NCBI GenBank assembly: GCA_044226015.1
Contig: JBGAHS010000001.1
Location: 800,001-864,000 of the forward strand
From: Candidatus Obscuribacteraceae bacterium
Lineage (GTDB): Bacteria > Cyanobacteriota > Vampirovibrionia > Obscuribacterales > Obscuribacteraceae
Reading direction: 5' to 3'
Length of the DNA stretch: 64,000 nucleotides
Part shown: in pieces, positions 29,136 through 39,802 of the stretch
Numbering within the stretch: position 1 is the stretch's first letter
How the letters are laid out: every line of letters starts with the position of its first letter
Position numbers and translations under genes: made by a program
Notes under the pieces: generated by a model
The model's input: only the letters and a program-made list of their open reading frames with translations
Database searches by the model: none
What the model was told of the DNA's origin: nothing

Positions 29136-30506
29136 ATGAATCGTCCCGGTTCCAACCTTTGTCGCGCTTCTTTCGTTTCAGCCAGACCAAAGCATCTGAT
29201 GTTAGCAGCTCTAATATCACTGGCTTCAGCGATGCAGCTATCTGACGCAAGTTTTGCTGCTAAAGAAAACGTTCCGCAGAAACCGAGCATCGCAGCGTCT
29301 GCAGATGTGGATTTTGGACCGTACATGGCTGATTTGCAGAAAAAGATAAAAAAAGCTTGGATGCCGCCGCGGCAACAAAGCTCAAAACGAGTCACAACTT
29401 GCTTCAAGGTACACCGCGACGGTAGCGTTAGTGATGTGAGAGTTGACTCTTCTTCAGGTGATTCTGCCACCGATGAGGCCGGGCTGAATGCTGTAAGAGA
29501 CGCATCTCCTTTTCAGAAGCTACCAGAAGGAAGTCCCGACCTGGTAGACATTCAATTTACCTTTGATTACAACGTCATGGGCAAGCACGCAGGCTCAAGC
29601 GGTGCTGCTGCTGCCAGTGCTGATGCCTTTGATGGAGGCATCTCTAACACTGAAGCGAAGTCCCACGAGTCAAACATAAAAATGCAAGCCGAATCTCTTG
29701 CTAGAGACGGAATGAAGCTGTTTAATTCTGAACACCAGGAAGATGCTCTTCCAGAGCTGGAAGAGCTTTATAGTTTGGTTAGCAAAAACAATTTGTCAGA
29801 TTACACAGAAGAGTTGAGTAGTCTTGGTGATATTTACTACAACAATGATGATTATGAAAAGGCATTGCCAGTTTATCGAAAGGTCGATGAGCTCCTGGCC
29901 AAAAAACGCTCACAAGATTACTACGCTCAAGCGTCAAACAAGCGAGATATCGCATACACTTTGTTGTATTCAGATTTAAGCAAGATTGACGAGTGCCAAA
30001 AATATTTCCACAGCGCGCAAGAATTGAGTAAGAAAGTAGATGATCTTGATTTGAGCAGTGATATTGCATGTGGTGTCGGGCATTGTCTCTGGCAGAAACA
30101 TCAGTACAACGAGGCTAAGCTTCAATATGAGCAGTCCGCTGAGCTTGCCTTGAAAAGTAGTGGGCAAGAGAATCTGGACTATGCGCAAAAGCTCAAAAAT
30201 GTTGCAGACTGCCAATACAAACTTCATGACGATAGCGCTGCATTTGATACCTATTCAAAAGTTGAAAGAATAGATCGAGAGTTCGGTCATTTGGCTGCCG
30301 ATGATGAGGACAAGGAGTTGCATGCAAACCTGAAGGCACTTAGTGCATCAGTAAAACCATCAATCACTCATGAACTGGGCAAGAAAGAAAACAATTGGTG
30401 GTACTACGCCTTTGGCGGCATAATCACTGCGATTGTTTTGCTTTATTTGGTTGGCAGACCGCAAGGAAGCGTCTTTGGCAACTTGAGCGCTAAGAATTTC
30501 AAGTGA
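29136..30506 (+). CDS. TonB C-terminal domain + TPR protein with C-terminal TM
   Basis: VDFGPYMADLQKKIKKAW..P...SSG...D...VDIQFTFDYNV; TPR-like helices; WWYYAFGGIITAIVLLYLV. Confidence 0.85.
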   Translation: MNRPGSNLCRASFVSARPKHLMLAALISLASAMQLSDASFAAKENVPQKPSIAASADVDFGPYMADLQKKIKKAWMPPRQQSSKRVTTCFKVHRDGSVSDVRVDSSSGDSATDEAGLNAVRDASPFQKLPEGSPDLVDIQFTFDYNVMGKHAGSSGAAAASADAFDGGISNTEAKSHESNIKMQAESLARDGMKLFNSEHQEDALPELEELYSLVSKNNLSDYTEELSSLGDIYYNNDDYEKALPVYRKVDELLAKKRSQDYYAQASNKRDIAYTLLYSDLSKIDECQKYFHSAQELSKKVDDLDLSSDIACGVGHCLWQKHQYNEAKLQYEQSAELALKSSGQENLDYAQKLKNVADCQYKLHDDSAAFDTYSKVERIDREFGHLAADDEDKELHANLKALSASVKPSITHELGKKENNWWYYAFGGIITAIVLLYLVGRPQGSVFGNLSAKNFK

Positions 30507-30551
30507 AACATTTCCTGATATACTGAACCCCTTCAGTAGATATATAGGAAT

Positions 30552-32513
30552 GTGAGTATGACTAGTCGCAAGACAGCCTCTTTTGGCGCCTGGCAGTCCC
30601 CAATCAGCGCAGAAATGCTGAGTTCCTCAGCTCTGAAAGTAGGACAGACTTTTATTGACTCAAACCGGGCTTACTGGATTGAAACCAGAGCTGCTGAGAA
30701 AGGTCGTAGTGTAGTCGTTTCTGCAAGATTTGATGGCTCTGATGTCGCTGACTTTAGCGCACCTGACTTCAATGTTCGAAACGCTGTTCATGAGTACGGC
30801 GGTGGTGCGGCAATAGTTGAAAATGGAGATTTGTACTTCAGCCATTTTGCCGATCATAAAGTCTATGTTCAGAAAGCCGGCAGCAAGAGCGCTAGTGCTC
30901 TGTGTAAAGAATCAAGCTCACGTTATGCTGATTTTTGTTTGGATTCGAAACGCAATCGTTTGATAGTGGTTCGCGAAGAACATTATGGTCCTGGAGAAGA
31001 ACCACTCAACTTCCTGGATGTTTTGAACCTGGATGGCAGCAGTGAACCTGGAATGTTACTTGCTGGAAGTGATTTCTTTTCTTCTCCAAGAGTCAGCGAA
31101 GACGGACGTTTGTTGGCCTGGTTAAGTTGGAACCATCCCAACATGCCCTGGGACGAAACGAAATTGTGGACGGGCAATCTTGGAAATGATGGCTCTTTGT
31201 CAAATATCCAGTTAGTCGCAGGCGGAAATGGAGAATCAGTCACGCAACCGGAGTGGGGACCAGACGGTACGCTCTACTTTGTTTCTGACAAGAATGGTTG
31301 GTGGAATTTGTGTGCATCTTACAGTGGTCTGGTTGAGCCACTTATCGAGATGGAAGCTGAGTTCGCATATCCTCAATGGGTCTTTGGATTATCGAATTAC
31401 GCTGTGCATAAGACAAGCAATAACATCATTTGCTCTTACAATAAGCATGGTGTATGGAGTCTGGCTGAGTTTAACTCCGAAACGAGAACTCTTTCAGAGA
31501 TAGCAACGCCCTATCAGGACATAAGTTATGTCCGCTGTTCTGAGGACAAAGTTGTGTTTCGAGCTGGCGCATCAGACCGCTTTGCTGAGATAGTTTGTCT
31601 CGATTTGAATAGCAGAGAAACGCAGGTCTTACGACGCTCAAATGTCTGTGATATTGATGCAAAGTATTTTTCTACGGCCGAACCAATCGAGTTTGCTGCA
31701 AAAGATGGTGGCAAAGCCTACGCATTTTACTATCCAGCAAAAAATCCTGACTTTGAAGGTCCTGCTGGCAGCTTGCCGCCGCTGATAGTGAAGAGCCATG
31801 GAGGACCAACCTCTGCGTGCAGTAGCACGCTGGAATTGTCAATTCAGTATTGGACTACACGCGGATTTTCTGTTGTGGACGTGAACTATGGTGGCAGCAC
31901 TGGGTTTGGCCGTCCGTACAGGGAAAGATTGAAAGACAACTGGGGCATAGTGGACATTGATGATTGTGTTAGCGCTGTCGAATATTTGAGCAAAGCTGGA
32001 AAGGTTGATACCTCAAAGATTGCAATCACCGGTGGTAGCGCAGGTGGCTACACTACTTTGTGTGCTCTTACATTTAGACCTTCTGTCTTCTCTGTTGGCG
32101 CCTGCTATTACGGCGTAAGTGATTTGAGCGCTCTTGCAACTGATACACATAAGTTCGAGTCTCGCTATCTAGATAAGCTTGTCGGACCATATCCTGCGCG
32201 CAAAGACATTTATGATCAACGCTCTCCAGCTTTACATGCTGACAAAATTACCTGTCCTGTAATATTTTTTCAGGGGTTGGAAGATAAGGTAGTTCCTCCT
32301 TCTCAATCTGAAGTGATGGTGAACGCTCTGAAAAAGAAGGGGCTTCCTGTAGCATATTTGACATTTGAAGGTGAGCAACACGGATTTAGAAAGGCAGATA
32401 CTATCAAGACCTGCTTGCAGTCGGAATTGACGTTTTACTGCAATATCTTTGGTATCAAGCGCGATGATCTCAGCCAACAACTTGTAATCGAAAATTTCGC
32501 GGCAGCGAAGTAA
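30552..32513 (+). CDS. S9 family prolyl oligopeptidase / acylaminoacyl peptidase
   Basis: SHGGPT, GGSAGG nucleophile, QGLEDKVV, EQHGFR. Confidence 0.95.
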   Translation: MSMTSRKTASFGAWQSPISAEMLSSSALKVGQTFIDSNRAYWIETRAAEKGRSVVVSARFDGSDVADFSAPDFNVRNAVHEYGGGAAIVENGDLYFSHFADHKVYVQKAGSKSASALCKESSSRYADFCLDSKRNRLIVVREEHYGPGEEPLNFLDVLNLDGSSEPGMLLAGSDFFSSPRVSEDGRLLAWLSWNHPNMPWDETKLWTGNLGNDGSLSNIQLVAGGNGESVTQPEWGPDGTLYFVSDKNGWWNLCASYSGLVEPLIEMEAEFAYPQWVFGLSNYAVHKTSNNIICSYNKHGVWSLAEFNSETRTLSEIATPYQDISYVRCSEDKVVFRAGASDRFAEIVCLDLNSRETQVLRRSNVCDIDAKYFSTAEPIEFAAKDGGKAYAFYYPAKNPDFEGPAGSLPPLIVKSHGGPTSACSSTLELSIQYWTTRGFSVVDVNYGGSTGFGRPYRERLKDNWGIVDIDDCVSAVEYLSKAGKVDTSKIAITGGSAGGYTTLCALTFRPSVFSVGACYYGVSDLSALATDTHKFESRYLDKLVGPYPARKDIYDQRSPALHADKITCPVIFFQGLEDKVVPPSQSEVMVNALKKKGLPVAYLTFEGEQHGFRKADTIKTCLQSELTFYCNIFGIKRDDLSQQLVIENFAAAK

Positions 32514-32515
32514 GC

Positions 32516-35092
32516 TCAGCTTTCCTTTTCTGCGGACTCTTGCGTTTCTGCTATTTCGTTTTTTCTACGAAGGCAGAGCAAAGCGAGTGCGGTGTAGCTT
32601 GCTAGAACAATTCCAACCGCAAGGGCACCAGCATACAAGCAATCAGGTCTGAAATAAAAGTCAACTTTGTGTGCACCTGCAGGCAGCTTAACCGCTCTGT
32701 TTATAAGGTTTGCTTGATATATTTCGCTGGATTTTCCATCTATGTATGCTTTCCAGCCGGGGTAGTAAGAGTCTTGTAGAACTAGATACGAATCACTCTT
32801 CGAAATTGTGTCTATAGAAACATGCTCGGGCTCATCCAGGCTGATGTTCGCTCTATCTCCATTTGAGTTGAGTGTCGTGGGACTGTTCGAATCGCTAAGG
32901 TTCTTCGCTTCTCTTAACCTTACAGTAGAAAGAGGATCTAAGTTCAATTCTTGCGAGCTTGAAAGCTCGGACAAAAAATCAGCTTCTTCATTTTGAACTG
33001 ATGTGGTCAGGTACACTCTTTTACTGTTTTCGCGAATTCTGTAAAGCAGAAGATTCATGTTGTCGTCTCTAAGGACTGGCTCAAAGAGTTCAGGGTCAAG
33101 AATCGGCAGATAGGATTTTGGATCGCCCTCAACGTTGAGTGTTGCGATCTGTGCTGTTAAATATTTTGTTGCCGTGATGCGGCAAAATCTGTAGAGCGGA
33201 ACATCGTGATATTTCGAGCTGATTTCAGCTTGCCTGCTAAGCCTTGAACTCGCCATCGACCCCATGGCCAATTTGCTGTGTAAACCAGTTATTGCCATGT
33301 CGTAGCCGAACGAACTTTTGAGGTCGCAATCCATATTTGTGTTAGGAAATAAGGTTTGTCTGTTGTATTGAATGACTGCTTGGGTTGGTGTGATACCACC
33401 AGCGGTGAGTCGCTCCAGGTAATGTTTGCTAGACATTGCATCACTGTAACTGCGTAGAACTCTTGCTGTAGCTGGTTTAGGGTCTATTTTTTTCAAGAGT
33501 TCCAGGCAATATCGAGGTTTCGCGAAAAATCCAGGCGGAGCTGTTGCTCGAACGTAGTTGATAGCCGGATAGAGTAAACTGGCGCTTACAGTGACGCCGG
33601 TCAGAATGAAAAATAATGGTTTCGCTATTTTTCCATACTCTAGCAAGAGGCAAAGGAAACAAAATACAAGAGCAGTTCCCGAAGCTTGGATGACTGAGTT
33701 TGCGATCAATTGTTGTGCTGCCGTGGCAATTGACGAGTCTGCCTCAGGAAAAAAAACTCGGACTTGAAGTGCATAAAAACCGAAAAGCAAAAGTCCTGCC
33801 CATAAGGCTTGAGTTACAAATATTGTTTTCTTTGCCAGTCCCCCGGCGCTTAGAAGAAAAATGCCACGAGCCGCAAGCAAAATGAGGGCAATATCCACAA
33901 AGAAAAGCATTTTGACTGGATAGCGCATGAGGCTGAGAGAAGGCAACAATTGCAAAGCAAGCGGGGCAAATGGCGTGTTTTTTCCAAGTGCCAGCAATAG
34001 AAAGATGCTGAGGGCGACAATAAGTAAGTATCGCGATTTCCAGGTTCTATCAAGCAATCCCCAGAAGGACAGCGTGAGAATCACCGGGCCTATTAAGGCG
34101 GATTGTAAATAAGCCCGGTGATTTGCGTATGAGCTGACAAGTTTTAGGAAGGGAGATTCAAGTTGGGTGAGGTCTCCTAGCGGTTGTGCACAAACAATGC
34201 AAAGTAAATCGTACCAGTTTGCACTCCAGCGAAAAACTTCGTCTGCGCTGAGTCCTTCAGCGCGTGGAGACAGTCTCAACCATTCGAACTGTGCAAGTAG
34301 GAAGGCTGTACTTAGCCCCAGTCCAAGCAGAATGCTCAGAGTTTGCCAAGCAAACCTTCGTTTTGCAAAGTCGAAATTGCCTTTTGCAGAATTCAACTGT
34401 AAAAGCATATAGATTGCTACGGACAAGAAAATGGGGACGTATATTTCGAAGCGTCCACTGCTCAAGACCATGTAGCACGCAAATGAGCCTAAAAATAAAT
34501 CAAAAACAGCACGAACTGAGGAAGCGTCTCGGATTCTGCAAATTGTCCAGAAAAATAAAGGTCCCCAGGCACAGGTTGTGACTATGCTGTATTGCGATTG
34601 AATAGAGAAAATGTAGCCACAAAAAGCAAAAGACAGTCCCGAAATCCATGCGGCAAATTCACCCAGGTTCCATCTGCGTACCAATAAAAACACACTGGCA
34701 CCAGCTAACAACTGATGTGTGAGTAGAACCAGTGCCATAGCGGCACTGAATGGAAGTAGTGCAAAAATATAATTTGGAAAAAAGAATATTGACGGTTGCG
34801 GATTTGCCAACATGGATACGCCACAATCAGAAAGGTTATTCCAAAGTGGGAAGTGCCCCGCACGAAGTGATTCTCCAATGAACCGGCATTGAGGTTCAAA
34901 GTAGTAGGTGGTATCACCTGCGCAAAAATCCTTGCCTTCAAACAAATATGGAAAATAGTAAATAGTCAAAATAAGGACGACAGAGATGCAAAATGCTGCT
35001 TGAGTTTTAAGAAACTGGATTCCGCAATTCAAAAAGCTCACCCTGTGTTTGACTAAAGCATTATAACTGACCTCGTTGCGATCTACTTCCAT
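32516..35092 (-). CDS. YfhO-family membrane protein (GT-C-like)
   Basis: GHFPLWN...G, multiple TM segments, C-terminal DSYYPGWKAYIDG...AGAHKVDFYFRP. Confidence 0.88.
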   Translation of the reverse strand: MEVDRNEVSYNALVKHRVSFLNCGIQFLKTQAAFCISVVLILTIYYFPYLFEGKDFCAGDTTYYFEPQCRFIGESLRAGHFPLWNNLSDCGVSMLANPQPSIFFFPNYIFALLPFSAAMALVLLTHQLLAGASVFLLVRRWNLGEFAAWISGLSFAFCGYIFSIQSQYSIVTTCAWGPLFFWTICRIRDASSVRAVFDLFLGSFACYMVLSSGRFEIYVPIFLSVAIYMLLQLNSAKGNFDFAKRRFAWQTLSILLGLGLSTAFLLAQFEWLRLSPRAEGLSADEVFRWSANWYDLLCIVCAQPLGDLTQLESPFLKLVSSYANHRAYLQSALIGPVILTLSFWGLLDRTWKSRYLLIVALSIFLLLALGKNTPFAPLALQLLPSLSLMRYPVKMLFFVDIALILLAARGIFLLSAGGLAKKTIFVTQALWAGLLLFGFYALQVRVFFPEADSSIATAAQQLIANSVIQASGTALVFCFLCLLLEYGKIAKPLFFILTGVTVSASLLYPAINYVRATAPPGFFAKPRYCLELLKKIDPKPATARVLRSYSDAMSSKHYLERLTAGGITPTQAVIQYNRQTLFPNTNMDCDLKSSFGYDMAITGLHSKLAMGSMASSRLSRQAEISSKYHDVPLYRFCRITATKYLTAQIATLNVEGDPKSYLPILDPELFEPVLRDDNMNLLLYRIRENSKRVYLTTSVQNEEADFLSELSSSQELNLDPLSTVRLREAKNLSDSNSPTTLNSNGDRANISLDEPEHVSIDTISKSDSYLVLQDSYYPGWKAYIDGKSSEIYQANLINRAVKLPAGAHKVDFYFRPDCLYAGALAVGIVLASYTALALLCLRRKNEIAETQESAEKES

Positions 35093-35134
35093 TGAAGAAT
35101 GGAACTGCAGTTACACGGTTAGTTGGCGTGTTTT

Positions 35135-36364
35135 CTAAAAGCTTGGAATCTCGGGACGCTCGCCTTCCTGGAAGTTTTTCCACGATGCAATCACTTCTGC
35201 AGGTGCTTTGTATTTGCTGTCGTAAACCACTAACACATTGGTTAAGCCTCGGCCGGGCTTCATAACTACGGTGTTGTCGTGGGCTAAAGCCTTTGATGCG
35301 CCACCATCTAGATTCATCGCTTCATAGCAGCCTATTGCCTTCATCAATTTAGCTTCTTGATTGAGCGAAAGTCCCTGTAGGAATGTAATGAGGATCAACC
35401 TATCTCTGCTTTTGTTAAATCCTATCGCTGAGCGTGGTCCACAACCTAATACATGCGGGTCGGCAAATCCCTCCAACTCCGGATTCAGCCAGACCTCACC
35501 TTCCTTGAGTAAGCGGGGCCCACAGGTGAGGGAAAAATAGTGGTCTTTCCAGTTAGGCTTGCCCTCTGCGCGCGCCGTTATCATCTCTGGATAATCACTT
35601 TCCCTCAGTGCCAGGGTGGTTCCATAATTTTCCCAGGGGCTATACTTCAGGTTTTTGCCATCGGAGACAAGATTTCCCATCACTCTTTCTTGCTCATCTT
35701 TGCTGAAGAAAGTCCCGTTGACCATTGCTGCCGCCGGGTAGCGCTTTACGAACGTTTCGAAATTGTCGTGCCCTGCACTATAGGTGGTGCTGTTAGCTTC
35801 TTTTGCATTTTTTGGAAGCCGCACAGCAATATATGTTTCAGGGTCGTTCAGGTCGATTGTCAGTTGATAGAATGGCACTCCCTGAAGCTTTCTTTTTTCA
35901 AACTTAATCGGTTTACCGTGACCTGTTCGCACCTTCTTCGCTTTGCTTATTGGCGGAGGAGAGTAGAACAGATTTGCCAGGTTGGGATCTTCTTTTATAC
36001 TTCTTGCTTCTGGCGGAATGCAGTCACCAGGAACCTCCGAAGCCAGCTCCTCCTCCGTTGGAGGGGGTGGTGGCACAAATGCTGGCGGCGGTGGTTCGTC
36101 AGCTGAATCTTCCGTCTGTGCATTTTCAGTTTCTTTTGTCTTTTCAGGTACAGGTTTCTTCTCCCAGGCGCGGGAGACCGTGTTTACGGATATCGCAACT
36201 GTCTTGTTGAACCAGGACCCAATAGTCGCCCAGAAACTGGCTTGGTTTTGTTGATTTGAGAAATACCAGATAAGAAGCACAACAATTCCTATGTCGAAAA
36301 TCCAGCTGAGGGCTGTTTTCAACGTTGAAACTTTTGACTTTTTGGGAGGAGGTGTTTTGCTCAT
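35135..36364 (-). CDS. Phosphodiester glycosidase (NAGPA) family protein
   Basis: VNGTFF, GPRLL, PRSAIG, AMNLDGGAS; N-terminal TM. Confidence 0.9.
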   Translation of the reverse strand: MSKTPPPKKSKVSTLKTALSWIFDIGIVVLLIWYFSNQQNQASFWATIGSWFNKTVAISVNTVSRAWEKKPVPEKTKETENAQTEDSADEPPPPAFVPPPPPTEEELASEVPGDCIPPEARSIKEDPNLANLFYSPPPISKAKKVRTGHGKPIKFEKRKLQGVPFYQLTIDLNDPETYIAVRLPKNAKEANSTTYSAGHDNFETFVKRYPAAAMVNGTFFSKDEQERVMGNLVSDGKNLKYSPWENYGTTLALRESDYPEMITARAEGKPNWKDHYFSLTCGPRLLKEGEVWLNPELEGFADPHVLGCGPRSAIGFNKSRDRLILITFLQGLSLNQEAKLMKAIGCYEAMNLDGGASKALAHDNTVVMKPGRGLTNVLVVYDSKYKAPAEVIASWKNFQEGERPEIPSF

Positions 36365-36522
36365 CGGAAGATAGGACTAGTAATGCTAATCATTCTAGAG
36401 CAATCTGGAAATTATAGCTTCTGTCCTTTTTCCTGAATCTGCCTGACAAAAGTCATCCTGGCTTTATGGATCTAGCCGAATGCAAGGTTATTTCAGTAAA
36501 CCTGGTTTGCTATTGATTGATA

Positions 36523-38985
36523 CTATTTGGGGTCGACTGAGATTGCCAAATGATCTGAGCCTGAACCGCAAATATTGCCAGCTGAATCCAACGGGAAGAA
36601 TCGAATCTCATACAGCCCTGGTGCCTTGAACTCAGTGAACTTCGACAGTTCCAAAATAAACTGTCCGGACTTTTTGTCTGTGACATGCCAGCCATCAGCG
36701 ACTTTGCTGCGCACCTGCGGATTTTGTTCTTCGAACAATAGATTCGTTCGCGTTATCTCGGCGGCATACTGAGAAGCTCCAGGAATGGCGCTTACATCGA
36801 CATTTATTGTGCATGGTTTTCCCTGTGCCGATAAGTGTATAAAACCTTTGCTTCCGAAGTACCCTGAGTTTTCGAAAGAGACCAGAGGCATTACCTGTTC
36901 TTTTGTCAAAATTGAAATTGATTGAATTGTGGCATCGGTTCCCGAAGGCAGCATCAAGCGGAATGGGTGGGTGTTACCACCGAGTGACCATTCCGGCAAA
37001 CCTCGAAGGGCAAACAAAATTCTCTGTTCTTTTTTTCCAGGAGCAAATTGCGCTCGGGTGCGTCTACGCAGTTCGAAATCAGGAAACAAATCATTCGTAT
37101 ACAAAATGTCTGCACCGGTTTCAGCCGCCGCTTCCTGCGCCAGTGTTAGTTTGACCTCGACGAAATCACAGTTAAAGCATGAGCGTGAGCCGAGGTCGAG
37201 TTGAATGAACTGCGGCTGTGCAGATCTATAAATCACGTGCAGACTGCCGTCCTGGTTAGAGCTCATCTCTGGCTTGGTTTTTTGTTCTGGTAGGCTAGCG
37301 ATTGTGGAAAGGTCTTTGCCTTGCCAGATTTGGCTAGCACTCTTTTGCTTCTCCGGGCTTACGTCTACTGCTGCAAAGTGCTTGGAGTCAGTATCCCAGC
37401 GATAGATATGTAGCTTGTCGCTTGATTCTGAAATTGACTCCTTAAGATAACCAAACGGGAAAATTGGGTCGAACCCATTTACCATCAAACACTTGTAAAT
37501 GTCTTTGTTGAGCTGTGGTTTCTTCGTCATTCCATCTAGTGAATTGCGACAGGTGTACGCTCCATTGATTTGATCCGGCAATCCTAAGAGCATTACTTCA
37601 GGGTCGCCATCAAGGTTTGAATAGAGCTTCTGCAATTCTGCTCTAATTGCATTGTTCTCTTCTCCGGCTGCCTTCCATGGCAAATTATTTGTCCAAAGCA
37701 CAATAGTTGCCAGCACCAACAACAATGATGAAACAGCCACGGGAGCAAGCGATGCAAGTTTGTTTTTGATTAGCTTGCCTGTTTCAAGCACTCCGAAGGT
37801 CAGCAACATGCTGAGGGGCACCGTTGCAAGATAAGCAAGGCGACTGCCTTGTAGGTCGCTTCCGATGTTGAAAAGTTTGTATACAGGAACGAGGCAGAGC
37901 ACCAGCCATCCAGCTAAAAACACAAAAGCTCGGCGGTGTTTGACTGGAATCAATCCATTAAGGCTGGCAAAAATGATGCTGGCTACAACCGCTGCCGGAT
38001 AGATCTTGCTGAGGATATTGTGCGACCCGATTAGCATTTTGTTTAGTGGAATGATGAACATAAGGATGGCATGCAGCCAGCCTATGATGAATGCTTTGGG
38101 GTTGGAGATAAATAAGAGGGAGTCGTCGTATCCACCCACCACTGTGCCCAGAGATAATACTCTCACGACAAAATATGCAGCAAGTAAAATCCAGAAAGGA
38201 ATAGTCGAAAAGATTGGCTTTAGACTAGCAACAAAGGAGACGCGCTCAGCTTCCTGTGATGAGGACGCCTGTGCTTTCGTTTGAAAAAGCACATTGAAAA
38301 TGAGTTCGTAAGCGACGAAGACCGCGGGCAATGTTATCGCCATCTCTTTTGAGAGAAGACCCAGGATTGCTGCCACCATGCTTAATGTCATATCGCTGAT
38401 GCGTTTGCTTTCACTGAACCGCATGTAAAAGTAAACTGAAGCCAGGCAAAATGGTGTGACTACAGAGTCAACGCGACCAGTAATCCATGAAACAGCTTCC
38501 GGATGCAGAGGATAGAGCGCAAACAGAGCAGCTGCAAAGAATGGCCAGGTTAATGAATTCGCGAGCCTGGACTTTAATTGAAGCTGTTTACCAAGCAGGA
38601 AGATGAAGACTGTGCTTGCTAAATGGAAAAGAATGTTGGTTATGCGAAAACCAAGTCCGTTCAGTCCGTACATCGCATAGTCGCTGACCATGAAAACTGA
38701 AATCAGAGGGCGGTAAAACTTTGTGGTAGTGCCATCTAGCCAGGACGTATGGAAGTTGCGCCATACAAGCTCTGGTTCATGAATTGCTCTACTCAACCAG
38801 GTCAGATGAACAAAATCATCGCCGTTGAAGAAATTGAAAAATACAGGAGAGTAAGCCCAGAGTGTTAGAGCTGAAATTCCAATCAAGAGTAGAATTTGTA
38901 AGCCAGCTTTTGCTTTCTGACCATTGCTGTGTTCGGCGCCCGAAGCTAGCTCTGGCGATTTTGCATTCACCTGCTGAAGCTCCAT
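36523..38985 (-). CDS. GT-C fold membrane glycosyltransferase-like protein
   Basis: GDDF, FYRPL, LFALYPLHPEAVSWITGR, LLSKEMA, RLAYL motifs (TMTC/PMT-like). Confidence 0.82.
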   Translation of the reverse strand: MELQQVNAKSPELASGAEHSNGQKAKAGLQILLLIGISALTLWAYSPVFFNFFNGDDFVHLTWLSRAIHEPELVWRNFHTSWLDGTTTKFYRPLISVFMVSDYAMYGLNGLGFRITNILFHLASTVFIFLLGKQLQLKSRLANSLTWPFFAAALFALYPLHPEAVSWITGRVDSVVTPFCLASVYFYMRFSESKRISDMTLSMVAAILGLLSKEMAITLPAVFVAYELIFNVLFQTKAQASSSQEAERVSFVASLKPIFSTIPFWILLAAYFVVRVLSLGTVVGGYDDSLLFISNPKAFIIGWLHAILMFIIPLNKMLIGSHNILSKIYPAAVVASIIFASLNGLIPVKHRRAFVFLAGWLVLCLVPVYKLFNIGSDLQGSRLAYLATVPLSMLLTFGVLETGKLIKNKLASLAPVAVSSLLLVLATIVLWTNNLPWKAAGEENNAIRAELQKLYSNLDGDPEVMLLGLPDQINGAYTCRNSLDGMTKKPQLNKDIYKCLMVNGFDPIFPFGYLKESISESSDKLHIYRWDTDSKHFAAVDVSPEKQKSASQIWQGKDLSTIASLPEQKTKPEMSSNQDGSLHVIYRSAQPQFIQLDLGSRSCFNCDFVEVKLTLAQEAAAETGADILYTNDLFPDFELRRRTRAQFAPGKKEQRILFALRGLPEWSLGGNTHPFRLMLPSGTDATIQSISILTKEQVMPLVSFENSGYFGSKGFIHLSAQGKPCTINVDVSAIPGASQYAAEITRTNLLFEEQNPQVRSKVADGWHVTDKKSGQFILELSKFTEFKAPGLYEIRFFPLDSAGNICGSGSDHLAISVDPK

Positions 38986-38998
38986 GCCACTAACTCAC

Positions 38999-39784
38999 CT
39001 ACTGTCCGCTAGATTTCACTGACTCAAACGCAACTTCGTAGGCTGGTCGGTCTTCAATGTGACAGCGTACTTCGTCTCTTTTCTTGATTGCTTTGGCAGG
39101 AACTCCTGCCATGACCATATTCGGCTGAACGTTGTGAGTGACTACGGATGCGCCTGCTATTACGGCTCCGGTGCCAACTCTAACACGAGGAAGAATAAGT
39201 ACTTTTGCACCAACTGTCACGTTGGCTTCAAGATATGGACCTTCACGCCCTTTCTGGCAAGGCGGATGCATGCTATCCACGGTGCAAGACATCGGGTAAA
39301 AATGGACATTGTCTTCAGTCTTAGTGAATGTAGCGATAAACACATTGTTGTGGAAGCGGCAATTGTTGCCGACTTCGATGTGTCCATCTGACTGTGACAT
39401 TGTGCCGAAACTGCAGCCGTCTCCGAAAACACTATTCTCTCTTATGCAAGCCCGGTGTCCGGTTTGAAACCCTTTTCCGAATTTGCAGCTGGCGTAAATA
39501 ATTGTGCCACTGCGTATAGTGCTATGCTCAGAGATAATAGTCTCTGGGTTGTTGTAGTTAGGGTCACGAAACCCAGCTAGCCTCTCACCCAGAATGCACT
39601 GAGCGCCGACAAAGCAGTTTGGTCCAATCTTGACGTTTTCGTAGATGACCACGCCTGGCTCGATGATGCAGTTGTCGCCAATTTCTGCACCATCCATGAT
39701 GATTGCATCGTCGTAAATTCTACAGTTTTGTCCAATTTTGGCTTTGCTGGAGATGCGACTACAAGACGATTGGCTCTCAGGCAT
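38999..39784 (-). CDS. Hexapeptide-repeat (left-handed beta-helix) sugar N-acyltransferase
   Basis: IGQNCRI/IGDNCII/IGPNCFV repeats; GVPAK. Confidence 0.9.
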   Translation of the reverse strand: MPESQSSCSRISSKAKIGQNCRIYDDAIIMDGAEIGDNCIIEPGVVIYENVKIGPNCFVGAQCILGERLAGFRDPNYNNPETIISEHSTIRSGTIIYASCKFGKGFQTGHRACIRENSVFGDGCSFGTMSQSDGHIEVGNNCRFHNNVFIATFTKTEDNVHFYPMSCTVDSMHPPCQKGREGPYLEANVTVGAKVLILPRVRVGTGAVIAGASVVTHNVQPNMVMAGVPAKAIKKRDEVRCHIEDRPAYEVAFESVKSSGQ

Positions 39785-39802
39785 AAATTATTCTCTTTAG
39801 TT

